From positions 32,001 to 96,000 of IMG/VR virus record IMGVR_UViG_3300009702_000016: a DNA stretch of 64,000 nt, one strand, 5' to 3'. This document shows, piece after piece, positions 36,126 through 44,724 of this stretch (positions within the stretch are counted from its first letter, which is position 1; each line of letters opens with the position of its first letter). Source of the DNA: a virus. The notes under the pieces are model-generated. The model saw only the letters and a list, made by a program, of their open reading frames with translations. It made no database searches and was not told where the DNA came from. Both the position numbers and the translations under genes were made by a program.

Positions 36126-36605
36126 ATGTTGTCCCTAAGTCAGCTAGTGTCCAGAACACAGAAGGAGCGATCAAGGTTTGACACCCCTTATCGTGTGGAG
36201 AACCTTGAACTAGAGAAGGACGAGGATTACATCGGGCCTTTCATAAGAGCAACTTCCGTTGTTTCAGGTGGTAGCAAGCCCAGAGTGGCCACGATTCAGT
36301 TCTATTCTCCCTCCCTCTCTTTGTCCTCTAGTGTGAAGGTACACTGTACCTGCATGTACTTCCAAACCCTGTTGTCTCTTTCCCTCTCAAACTCTGACGC
36401 AGCTATAGTCCCCACCTCCAAGAGGGGAATGTCAGACGCTACGCTGTCTAAACAGAAGTCTGGTCTGTGCCCTCACCTGCTCTATGTGTCCTCTGCTTCC
36501 ATTCTTAACTCTACGGAGAGAAGAAGCGCGAAGAAGGGAAAACTAGACGCTAAAACAGAGAGTTTTTCTGATAACGTAAGCTCGAAGTTAAAAGGGTTGA
36601 CTTGA
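36126..36605 (+). CDS. SWIM zinc-finger protein
   Basis: VHCTCMYF...GLCPHL (CxC...CxH). Confidence 0.75.
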   Translation: MLSLSQLVSRTQKERSRFDTPYRVENLELEKDEDYIGPFIRATSVVSGGSKPRVATIQFYSPSLSLSSSVKVHCTCMYFQTLLSLSLSNSDAAIVPTSKRGMSDATLSKQKSGLCPHLLYVSSASILNSTERRSAKKGKLDAKTESFSDNVSSKLKGLT

Positions 36606-36606
36606 C

Positions 36607-37830
36607 GTGCTAACGGCTAGGGAAATGATAGAGGAGGTAAACTCCAGCAGTACCCTTACTCAGGAGGAGCTGTTCTCGTTGTTTAGCCGTGCTAGCTTTC
36701 TCATTAATGACTGTGTTCGCCTGCTTGCGGAAGAGAACGACTACATTCAGCTTTGTGTGTTAGGCCTAGGCGCAGAAGTGGCCTCCAATATGGACAGGAA
36801 TAAGGCCATCTACCGTCGTCCTATCGCCTTTGTGGACTCTGTGGCTTCTGACGTCTCTGCTGACACAGAAGGGAGGTCAGACGACTTCCTGTGCTCCTGT
36901 ATGGACTTGCAGTCTATGCTTACCTCTTCTAGGGTAGAGGATCAGATTGATTTGTTGTTGTCTCTTCCTTTGACAAGGATGGTGTACGAGAACTTCATAA
37001 AGGAGTGGAGTAGGATTGTCTCTGGATATATAGAGGAGTGTTTAGCGAGTGCAGAGAGCATCATCAACAACGATGTTAGCTGTTCCTACTCTTCGGACAC
37101 AGTTTGTCTATCTATAGAGAACGGGGCTAGTTTGAATCCGAGGACAGGGTTCGGAATTGCTCGTTATGTTGCCAATAGGTTGCGTGCCCTGAGCAAGATA
37201 TATGACAGGATATTTAATGCATATGCCCGTGTCATATTGAAACAGGCAAAGACGCAGTCTGTCTCCGAAGACCATTCCCTAGATTGCTTCCAGAATGGGT
37301 CTATGGGCCTTTTACGGGCAATATCTTCATACGATAACGTATCAAACGCAAGATTCGCTGGCCATGCGAGATGGTGGATACGTCAATCGATGCTTTACAG
37401 CATAAAGGAGGACTCGAACATCATACGAGTCTCCTCAAATACTTGGCAGCACTACGCTAAGATCGAGTCTCTTCGTCTTAAGCATGAGTCGAAGCATGGC
37501 CCTGCTTCAATCTCTGACCTTTCTGCCTCCTCTGGGTATTCAACAAGTCACATAGACAACATATATAGCATGGTTCGGACGTCACAGGTGAAGTCACTGG
37601 ACCATCCTCTAAGAGATGACGGGTCCTCTACTTTGATGTCCATTATTGAATCAGATGCTGCAAAGAGGTCTAATACAGAGCCAGTCTCAGCAGACTCTGT
37701 AAAGTTCCTTTTGAATCAGCTCTCAACTGATTCTAGGAATCTGGTGTGCTTGTTCTATGGGCTAACTGAGTACGTAGTTCAAGACATACCAGAGGACGTA
37801 GTAGCCTTAGAAAGACTAAGACAGCAATAG
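36607..37830 (+). CDS. Phage sigma70-family RNA polymerase sigma factor (region 4 truncated)
   Basis: Region 2 DCFQNGSMGLLRAISSYD...RFAGHARWWIRQSM...IRVS; region 3 SLDHPL; LNQLSTDSRNLVCLFYGL followed by an early stop. Confidence 0.85.
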   Translation: MLTAREMIEEVNSSSTLTQEELFSLFSRASFLINDCVRLLAEENDYIQLCVLGLGAEVASNMDRNKAIYRRPIAFVDSVASDVSADTEGRSDDFLCSCMDLQSMLTSSRVEDQIDLLLSLPLTRMVYENFIKEWSRIVSGYIEECLASAESIINNDVSCSYSSDTVCLSIENGASLNPRTGFGIARYVANRLRALSKIYDRIFNAYARVILKQAKTQSVSEDHSLDCFQNGSMGLLRAISSYDNVSNARFAGHARWWIRQSMLYSIKEDSNIIRVSSNTWQHYAKIESLRLKHESKHGPASISDLSASSGYSTSHIDNIYSMVRTSQVKSLDHPLRDDGSSTLMSIIESDAAKRSNTEPVSADSVKFLLNQLSTDSRNLVCLFYGLTEYVVQDIPEDVVALERLRQQ

Positions 37831-37885
37831 CCTGTCATTTCATCATAACCCCAGTACAAAGTACAAAGTAACAAGTAGGTATACC

Positions 37886-38869
37886 ATGGCACTGAAAGAA
37901 TTTGGAGACGCAACACCCCGTACACGGGATAAGAACTGGAAAGAAGACATTCCGATGGCAGAGATGCCCAAGTTAGACACTTGGTACATCTTCCGAATCG
38001 TAGGAGGAGTGTTTACTTACGCGCAGCATTGGATCAAGTTCACGAATAAGGCGGGAGAGAATAAGACCTATCCTACCGAGTGCTCCAACTGGAATCGTGA
38101 CACCGAGGACACCAGTAAGAAGGGTGGATGCCCTGCTTGCGAGGCTGGAATCAAAGCAAGTGTGAAGTACATGATCAATGTCATTTCACGAACGGCACAA
38201 GAGCGAGGTGACGATGATCCTATTCGTGCCCTTGAGATTCCCCCTACGGTCATGCGACAGATTATGGATCTCAAGAATCTCAATAAGCATAAGGGCGAGA
38301 CGTACCACGTTACTCACCCTCGCTATGGGATGGATGTTTTCCTTGAGAAGCAGAGGTCACAGAAGAAGGGAGGAACGGAGTGGCAGGTACAAAGAGGCGA
38401 GAAGACAGGACTTACTTCTGAGGAGAAGGAACTTGAGCTTATCGACTTTGAGGAGTTCTGGTTGGAGCCTGACATTGTTAAGTGCAGAGCAGATCTGACT
38501 CGACACGGGTACTTTGAGAACGAGCCTGCAAACAAGGGGCGTTCCGCTTCCTCAACTGTTGATGACGATGACGAGGATGACATTGATTTCTCCTCTCGTA
38601 AGTCCAGGAAGAACAAGAGAAAGCGCACTCAGGAGGATGAGTTTGACGTCGAGGACGACGACGAGGAAGCCCCAGAGCCGCGACGAAGGAAGAAGAAGAA
38701 GCGTCCTGCTCCTCCCCCTGAGGATGACGACGAGTTCGATGATGATGATGATGATGATGAAGACCCTCCTCCTCGTAAGAAGAGGAGGAAGAAGCGTCCT
38801 GCCCCTCCTGTCGATGACGATGACGATGACGAGGACGATGAGTTTGACGATGACGAGTTCGACATCTAG
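37886..38869 (+). CDS. Single-stranded DNA-binding protein (T4 gp32-like) with long charged tail
   Basis: FRIVGG...QHW...CPAC...YMINVI...HPRYGMDVFLEK...WQV core; acidic C-terminus ending EFDI. Confidence 0.7.
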   Translation: MALKEFGDATPRTRDKNWKEDIPMAEMPKLDTWYIFRIVGGVFTYAQHWIKFTNKAGENKTYPTECSNWNRDTEDTSKKGGCPACEAGIKASVKYMINVISRTAQERGDDDPIRALEIPPTVMRQIMDLKNLNKHKGETYHVTHPRYGMDVFLEKQRSQKKGGTEWQVQRGEKTGLTSEEKELELIDFEEFWLEPDIVKCRADLTRHGYFENEPANKGRSASSTVDDDDEDDIDFSSRKSRKNKRKRTQEDEFDVEDDDEEAPEPRRRKKKKRPAPPPEDDDEFDDDDDDDEDPPPRKKRRKKRPAPPVDDDDDDEDDEFDDDEFDI

Positions 38870-38883
38870 GTAAAGCGACGAAG

Positions 38884-38916
38884 CAGGCCAGGGGTGGTTA
38901 TTCCGGCCCTGGCCTG
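38884..38916 (+). terminator. Stem-loop after the SSB gene
   Basis: CAGGCCAGGG...CCCTGGCCTG 10-bp stem followed by TCGCCTTTATT. Confidence 0.65.
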
Positions 38917-38927
38917 TCGCCTTTATT

Positions 38928-39254
38928 ATGGAAATACTGACTCACGACCGTTTTTCATCTTTTTCTTCGTCTCACTCTAAGATCGTACTCCTATTGTACG
39001 TTAGAGATAGCGACTTGTCTTCTGCGGCTCTCCGTTCTCTTTCCTCCATGTCCCCTTTTCTACGGGCGGAGGGATTCGAGCCTGTGGCGGTAGACGTGAC
39101 AAACCTTGGGGTTCCTATCTCAGAGGAGTTGTCTTGCGTTCGTGTGCCGCAAGTACGGGTGGTTCTCTCAGGAAATCTAGTTTCCTCATTCCTTGGCTTC
39201 CCAGATTCGGTATCTGCGATGTCCTCTTTTCTAGAAAACTCCCATCATGATTAA
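38928..39254 (+). CDS. Thioredoxin-like fold protein lacking CxxC
   Basis: IVLLLY, VAVDV and VRVPQVRVVLSG pattern at thioredoxin size; DSDLS occupies the WCxxC position. Confidence 0.5.
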   Translation: MEILTHDRFSSFSSSHSKIVLLLYVRDSDLSSAALRSLSSMSPFLRAEGFEPVAVDVTNLGVPISEELSCVRVPQVRVVLSGNLVSSFLGFPDSVSAMSSFLENSHHD

Positions 39255-39597
39255 CAGGTATGTAGGACTAGTTTTGTCCTGGCTTGAAAAGGCTAAGCCA
39301 AAGAGACTTGTCAAGTTCTCGGATCGCTGGGTGGATTCTGACCTCCCCTTCCCTAGGTCTGCTAATACCTTCTTCGCTAACATCAACAAGTCTGAGATTC
39401 AGTTGTTGTTCGGCATCTCGAACTTTGTGACAGAGGATGTCAAGGCATTGTCTATCTTTTCCATAAGTCCGCAGAAGTTGGTAGAGCTTAGGGATTTTTT
39501 GAACACTGTAATCGCCTCCTATAACGAGAGGTTTGGTTCTACCTCCGACGACTCTCCACCTTCCTCTCCCTCTACTCCATCTACTCTCGTTCACTAA
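39247..39597 (+). CDS. DUF3467-like protein
   Basis: ANTF...EIQLLFG...ISPQKLVELRDFLNTVIASYNERFG. Confidence 0.6.
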   Translation: MINRYVGLVLSWLEKAKPKRLVKFSDRWVDSDLPFPRSANTFFANINKSEIQLLFGISNFVTEDVKALSIFSISPQKLVELRDFLNTVIASYNERFGSTSDDSPPSSPSTPSTLVH

Positions 39598-39612
39598 CGA
39601 TTTGGTGACTTC

Positions 39613-40998
39613 ATGGCTCCTAAAAAGAAAGCTGAAAAACTGTTCGTTTCCTCCATCGACGAGCTATCTGCCCTGGCTCTTGAGATTGGAAAGGACCTAG
39701 ATAATCCTCCGGTTAGCCTTGACCGTGGCTCCTATGTGGAAGGCACGATAAGCTTTGGGTCACTCATCTTAGATCTTCTCACGGGAGGTGGACTTCCTCC
39801 TGGAAAGGTGACTGACTTCTACGGACCTGAGGGCAGTGGAAAGTCTACATGCGCAGGACACCTGATTGCAAATGCTATCAGAGCCAAAGTTCCTGTCTTT
39901 TTCTTTGACCACGAGACTGCATCAGATGCGAAGTACTTTAGGGCTCTTGGGGTCAGGCTAAGATTGTCGGACGGTAGACGTAATCCATACTTTCACTACT
40001 ACCAGCCGAACACTGCGGACGACACCTACAAGACGATTGCTAGAATCCTTCGTAAGCTTCCAGATTACACTCCTACTCCTTCGGGTGGCCGTCCTCTTCC
40101 CCAGGTTTTGTTCGTGACAGATTCTGTTGCTTCCATGCTTTCTGGGTCTCTTGAGAACAACGAAGACAATGCACAGGCTGCATTGAGCGCCTCTGCTCAC
40201 TCTCGGTTTTTCCCGATGATCAAGGCGAAGATTGGAAGAAAAAACGTCTCCTACTTCTTCACGAACCAGACTCGGTTGAACCCCCGACAGAGGTTCGGAA
40301 GCCCAGAGTATGAACCAGGAGGCCAGGCGATCAAATTCTATCCTGATTTGAAGGTTAGGATGTCTGCTGTTAAGCAGCCTTTCATGGAGAGAAACCGTTC
40401 CATGAGGTTCATCAACATCAGCACGAAGAAGAACAAGCAGTTTCCTCCTTTTTTGGAGTGTAAGGAGATGCTTGCGGTTGCTTTTGGACGAGGATTCGAG
40501 CGTGGAAGGGACAGCTTAGGTTACCTCACGCTCACTGGACAGATTTCCAGAGTTAAGAAGCAGCGTCTAATCTCTTTAGAGACTGATGAGGACTACGAGT
40601 GGAACAACAATGCTTATTTCACTCCTGATTTGATGCGTGTTCTATGCTCGAACTCGTTTCGTGGTGCTTGTCGTAAGCAGCTGGAGTCTAACGTGGCTTA
40701 CTCTCTGTTCTTTGCCGCTAACGACTGGGATTCCTTGTACACGTTTGATGAGGAGGCAGCTTTCGATGACCTAGACGACGCCGTGTCTCCTGCTACGTCA
40801 GATGCTTTCGATTATGGGGAAGCGGAAGAAGCACCCACAGCTCCAAAGAAGAAGAGGGGAAGGAAGAAGAAGGCTGTAGTCGAGGCTGAGGAGGAAGTGG
40901 AAGAAGCACCCCCAGCCCCAAAGAAGCGGAGAAGGAAGAGGAGGGCTGTAGTCGAGGCCGAGGAGCCTGCGTCTGAGTCAGAGGAGGCTTCGGAATAG
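39613..40998 (+). CDS. recA: RecA/UvsX-like recombinase
   Basis: ISFGSLILDLLTGGGLPPGKVTDFYGPEGSGKST, FVTDSVA, FTNQTR and PGGQAIKFY. Confidence 0.92.
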   Translation: MAPKKKAEKLFVSSIDELSALALEIGKDLDNPPVSLDRGSYVEGTISFGSLILDLLTGGGLPPGKVTDFYGPEGSGKSTCAGHLIANAIRAKVPVFFFDHETASDAKYFRALGVRLRLSDGRRNPYFHYYQPNTADDTYKTIARILRKLPDYTPTPSGGRPLPQVLFVTDSVASMLSGSLENNEDNAQAALSASAHSRFFPMIKAKIGRKNVSYFFTNQTRLNPRQRFGSPEYEPGGQAIKFYPDLKVRMSAVKQPFMERNRSMRFINISTKKNKQFPPFLECKEMLAVAFGRGFERGRDSLGYLTLTGQISRVKKQRLISLETDEDYEWNNNAYFTPDLMRVLCSNSFRGACRKQLESNVAYSLFFAANDWDSLYTFDEEAAFDDLDDAVSPATSDAFDYGEAEEAPTAPKKKRGRKKKAVVEAEEEVEEAPPAPKKRRRKRRAVVEAEEPASESEEASE

Positions 40999-41000
40999 CC

Positions 41001-41618
41001 ATGCCATCGGACTCCTCACCAGTTACGGATCTGATACGGGACGGTAGGTTGTCGAAGGATCCAGGTGCAGTTGTTGACCCTGTCATCTACGATCCCACAA
41101 CTGGAAAGCCAGTCGAATATGGGAACAGTGACCCTAATGTTATCGGAGCTGATGACAAAGTAGAGTTTCATGTACGCACAGAGTCCGATTACCCAGACCT
41201 CCCCCCTGAGGTGAGAGATGCGGAGATAAAGTACATACTTCCCTTTGCCCAACACATAGCGGACCAGATTGGTATAACTGTTATTGATGAGTTCTCCTAT
41301 GAGAAGATGCTTGATGCTTTGCGGTCTCGCTTCCTCTTTGTCATCATCAATCTTAGGGGGACCCGAATTAGCGACGGGATTGCTTCTTGGATTGGCCTCG
41401 TGATCATGTGCAAGAAGCATCCAGTAGTCACAGTGCAGTTCAAGATGAGGTTGTCTACACGTCAGATAGGAATCTATCGAGTAAAGACGTGGGAAAAAGC
41501 AAGAAAAAGGTATGTTATGCACGGTGACCAGAGTGGTGCGTCGTTTCTATCTAGGGAGGAGGCAACGGCTCTCATATTCAACTACCTTCATACTGAGGGT
41601 GTGGTTCCTGGAATATGA
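41001..41618 (+). CDS. Hypothetical protein (205 aa)
   Basis: GGAGG RBS; operon context. Confidence 0.7.
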   Translation: MPSDSSPVTDLIRDGRLSKDPGAVVDPVIYDPTTGKPVEYGNSDPNVIGADDKVEFHVRTESDYPDLPPEVRDAEIKYILPFAQHIADQIGITVIDEFSYEKMLDALRSRFLFVIINLRGTRISDGIASWIGLVIMCKKHPVVTVQFKMRLSTRQIGIYRVKTWEKARKRYVMHGDQSGASFLSREEATALIFNYLHTEGVVPGI

Positions 41619-42655
41619 CCACCTTTGTGCACACAGGAGATCTGCACTTTGGGTCGAATAGGTACCTGGGGGACCATCTTTCTCGACAAGAGGAGATGTT
41701 TGACTCCATCTTTGACGTAGCCTATGCCAAAAACATAGAGACGGTAGTTATCGCTGGAGATATCTTCGATGATTCGGAGTCGATGTCACGCTCTGAGATT
41801 GAGATGGTATCCCGTAAGTTTCTGGAGTACGACTCCGCAGGGTTTCGCATCCTAGTCATCCCTGGAAATCATGATCTGGTTGACACTACGGGGCACACCG
41901 CAATTCATTTCTTGTCTCTACTTTCCCAGCATGGCCGGTTCAGAAAATCGGTAGTAACCGAAACTACCTCCTACGTTACTGTGGACGACACTACGTTTTG
42001 TCTTCTTTGCCACCGTAAAGGGTGCTTCCAGGAGGATAGCGTTCAGGCCGCTCTTGACTACCAGGAGGCCTCCCTAACTATGCCAAGCAAGAGCTTTGTC
42101 ATGGTCGCGCATGAGACGATTAGGGGGTCCCAGACAGAGATTAGGTCAAAATACGGAACGTATCGAAAGCTTGATTTCGGAGACAGTATTCCAGAGGTGG
42201 ATCTACCCATAACCTACTGGGCATTGGGGGATATTCATAAGGTACAGGCAGTTTCGGAGAACGCTTTTTATCCGGGATCTCCTATCCAGCTTAAGTTCGG
42301 AGAGGGGTGGCCGAAGGGTGTGCTGGTCGTGGACACCGACAACCCAACAGATCCTGAGTTCGTTCCTATTTCGTCAAACCAGTTAGTAAAAGCTAAGGCA
42401 GGGGATGATATACCCGATGGGGCTTACGTAAAGTTCATTGCTTCCTCTAAGGAGGAGTCTATAAGTTCAAAGTCCCTTCCGAATGTTGTAAAAGTAGAGT
42501 ACCGTTCCAACGTGGAGGAACTATCAGTGGACGCCGAAGACTCGATTAGAGAGAAGTTACTCTCTGGAGTTACCCAGCTGGGTGCTACGGAGGAGGAACT
42601 CTCTTTGGCTGAGGAGGAAATCGATTCTCTTCTACGGGAGCACGCAGATGCTTGA
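41615..42655 (+). CDS. sbcD: SbcD/Mre11-like metallophosphoesterase nuclease
   Basis: HTGDLH, IAGDIFD, PGNHD, VAHE, ALGDIH and YPGSP motifs. Confidence 0.9.
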   Translation: MTTFVHTGDLHFGSNRYLGDHLSRQEEMFDSIFDVAYAKNIETVVIAGDIFDDSESMSRSEIEMVSRKFLEYDSAGFRILVIPGNHDLVDTTGHTAIHFLSLLSQHGRFRKSVVTETTSYVTVDDTTFCLLCHRKGCFQEDSVQAALDYQEASLTMPSKSFVMVAHETIRGSQTEIRSKYGTYRKLDFGDSIPEVDLPITYWALGDIHKVQAVSENAFYPGSPIQLKFGEGWPKGVLVVDTDNPTDPEFVPISSNQLVKAKAGDDIPDGAYVKFIASSKEESISSKSLPNVVKVEYRSNVEELSVDAEDSIREKLLSGVTQLGATEEELSLAEEEIDSLLREHADA

Positions 42656-42944
42656 GGACCCAGATTTTACTCCTGTTTGGGAGGCGTTGAACTCTGGTCA
42701 TGTTCTTCTTCTGGTTGACACTCATTTTTCCCCCGACCCAAGTAAGGAAGACGCAGGAACATACGATATTGATGTGTTTGAGTCTAGGTTGGAAACGGTG
42801 CACGAGTGGTTTCTTTCCGTAATTTCTGAAGTTATAAGTCATGTTGACTTTCGAATGAAGAATAACGCTATACTGAGTGTGAGACCCCTATTGCCCATTC
42901 CTGGGATCTCCTCTTGTGGAACAAAGGTGATGGTGCTGCGATGA
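42648..42944 (+). CDS. Hypothetical protein
   Basis: ATG 42648 with GGGAG RBS, overlapping the sbcD stop. Confidence 0.6.
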   Translation: MLEDPDFTPVWEALNSGHVLLLVDTHFSPDPSKEDAGTYDIDVFESRLETVHEWFLSVISEVISHVDFRMKNNAILSVRPLLPIPGISSCGTKVMVLR

Positions 42945-43525
42945 CTGACTCTATTCCTTCTATGCCTGCCGCTTGGCAAACTTTGGCCTTGGAGTACAGG
43001 GAGGCACCTGCGATACAAATAGCACTGACGTCGTCTTCTAAGCCCCGGCTAAAGGCAGATTTATCCCTGATAAGGGAGCTTTCTCATGCCTTTCCTTTTC
43101 TTCGTGAGGAGGACAAAGCAACTATGTCTATTCGGGGACCTTCCGACCTGTCCCGAGCGCTAGGTACTGCCTCAGAGCTTCAGTCACTGAAAGACAGGGC
43201 AGCTGAGATCACGTTGATCTACAGTAACATGCTTTCTCACCTGGAGAGGCTTCGAGATGTGATAAACACTCATGTGCTCCTACAGCCAGAAGTCCTAAAG
43301 ATGAAGAACGCAGGGCAGAGGACCGCAATTGTGTCTCTAGTTTGTCCCGACTTAGATGACAGGCTGTCCAGAGTTAAGAGGGTGTTGTCTGCCGCGTCAA
43401 CTGTCTCCAAGAACATTAACCAAAGCTACAACATCCTTAAGCTTCAGATTGAGGTTGTAAAGGAGATGATGTATGAGGGAGGCCTAACTAACGTTGGTCG
43501 AGTAAAGGACAGGGAAAGGGTATGA
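42941..43525 (+). CDS. Coiled-coil protein, possible UvsY-like recombination mediator
   Basis: ATGA overlap at 42941; long helical protein within the recombination cluster. The function is a positional guess. Confidence 0.4.
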   Translation: MTDSIPSMPAAWQTLALEYREAPAIQIALTSSSKPRLKADLSLIRELSHAFPFLREEDKATMSIRGPSDLSRALGTASELQSLKDRAAEITLIYSNMLSHLERLRDVINTHVLLQPEVLKMKNAGQRTAIVSLVCPDLDDRLSRVKRVLSAASTVSKNINQSYNILKLQIEVVKEMMYEGGLTNVGRVKDRERV

Positions 43526-44145
43526 CGGAAGAGGATCAGCAAGAAGAGCAAGAGGTTGCTGACGATTCGGTTTCATCGATCTCTGAACTCCTAGCAAAGT
43601 CTAGGACCTCAAGGTCCCGTTCCTTTGATTCTAGTTTGGATTCCTCTATCGCTATCCGGTCTCAGATCATGGCCAGGATACAGAAGTTTGAGTATCAGCT
43701 ATCCTTGATACCTGACAAGTCTTATCTTGACGAAAAAGGAAGAGAAGTTCATCCAGTTCCAGAGTTGGTAGAGGAGGGAAGGACTGACCTTAGGCTCTCT
43801 TTCTATTCGGAACTCAACAACTTGTTTACCTCCTTGAGAGAGGAGGGACAGCTAACTACTAGTGCGTACGAAGAGGCTGTGTACCTTCTCATTTTGGATA
43901 GGATGAGAAGGAGCTTCGGTTACTATCAGGCTCTGGCCAGAGCAGATGCTGAGATCAGTAGACGCAACGCCGACATTGGGGATGCCTCTGCTCTCACTCT
44001 TGCGGTATCAGACATTCAAGCTATATTGTCTAAGTTAGATGATATCGATTTCACTAGGAGTTTGTGTGTTAGCCTGGGAATGGACTCTGGTGACACTGAA
44101 GAGATAATTAAGTGTATGATTCATAAGGAGTTCTCCCGAAAGTGA
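43522..44145 (+). CDS. Hypothetical helical protein (207 aa)
   Basis: ATGA overlap. Confidence 0.7.
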   Translation: MTEEDQQEEQEVADDSVSSISELLAKSRTSRSRSFDSSLDSSIAIRSQIMARIQKFEYQLSLIPDKSYLDEKGREVHPVPELVEEGRTDLRLSFYSELNNLFTSLREEGQLTTSAYEEAVYLLILDRMRRSFGYYQALARADAEISRRNADIGDASALTLAVSDIQAILSKLDDIDFTRSLCVSLGMDSGDTEEIIKCMIHKEFSRK

Positions 44146-44687
44146 CCTCTCCGAAGTTAGTCTACGTGGGTTATCCCTCCCTGTACTCTTCTCCTCCTTC
44201 CTGGGTCAATGACTTGTGCAAGGAAGAGCAGCAAGGGGGAGAGGATTACCCTTATCTGTTTTTTCTGTCTGGTGGAGTTCCTACCCCTCGAATGCTTGGA
44301 CTCTTTGAGGACAAGACTGACATTCCGGTAACGGCTCAGAAAATCAGTTCGAAGGCTGCTTTTGGCCCCTCTAGACTGGTGGATCCGCTACTTTCGATGA
44401 GTTTGGCCGACGTATGGTCTGCTGTGCAAGAGAGCCCAGATAGTCCTGAGTTTAGAATTCTTCTAGACTTGTGGGCTATTTCTAGGTCCTACGCTTACCT
44501 TTTAGATATGAATGTTCCTGGCCGTGGCAGCACTGGAATTGGGTTATCCTACGCAAGTGGTGTGATCCCGGTCATGGGTGTTTGCGATAGCAGCATAGTG
44601 GACCCTTGGTACCAGTACTTCTCTGATGTACTTGTCAAGTCGCCAAGTGTTTCGTCTAGTTTACGGGTTTTTGTTCCTGACTGCTGA
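44142..44687 (+). CDS. Nucleoside 2-deoxyribosyltransferase-like protein (divergent)
   Basis: KLVYVGYP at the N-terminus; DLWAISRSYAYLLD...PGRGSTGIGLSYASGVIPVMGV. Confidence 0.45.
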   Translation: MTSPKLVYVGYPSLYSSPPSWVNDLCKEEQQGGEDYPYLFFLSGGVPTPRMLGLFEDKTDIPVTAQKISSKAAFGPSRLVDPLLSMSLADVWSAVQESPDSPEFRILLDLWAISRSYAYLLDMNVPGRGSTGIGLSYASGVIPVMGVCDSSIVDPWYQYFSDVLVKSPSVSSSLRVFVPDC

Positions 44688-44695
44688 GTACAACA

Positions 44696-44701
44696 TTATC
44701 T
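44696..44701 (+). promoter_or_regulatory. Candidate late promoter element TTATCT (baseplate operon)
   Basis: TTATCTAC in the 37-bp gap before the hub-lysin gene. Confidence 0.5.
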
Positions 44702-44724
44702 ACATCCACACCAAGAGGTAAGTT

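Noticed and set aside
38640-40960. NLS-like PKKKR motifs implying a eukaryotic virus
   Set aside because: Shine-Dalgarno sites, coupled operons, a sigma factor, a peptidoglycan M23 peptidase and baseplate genes indicate a bacteriophage.
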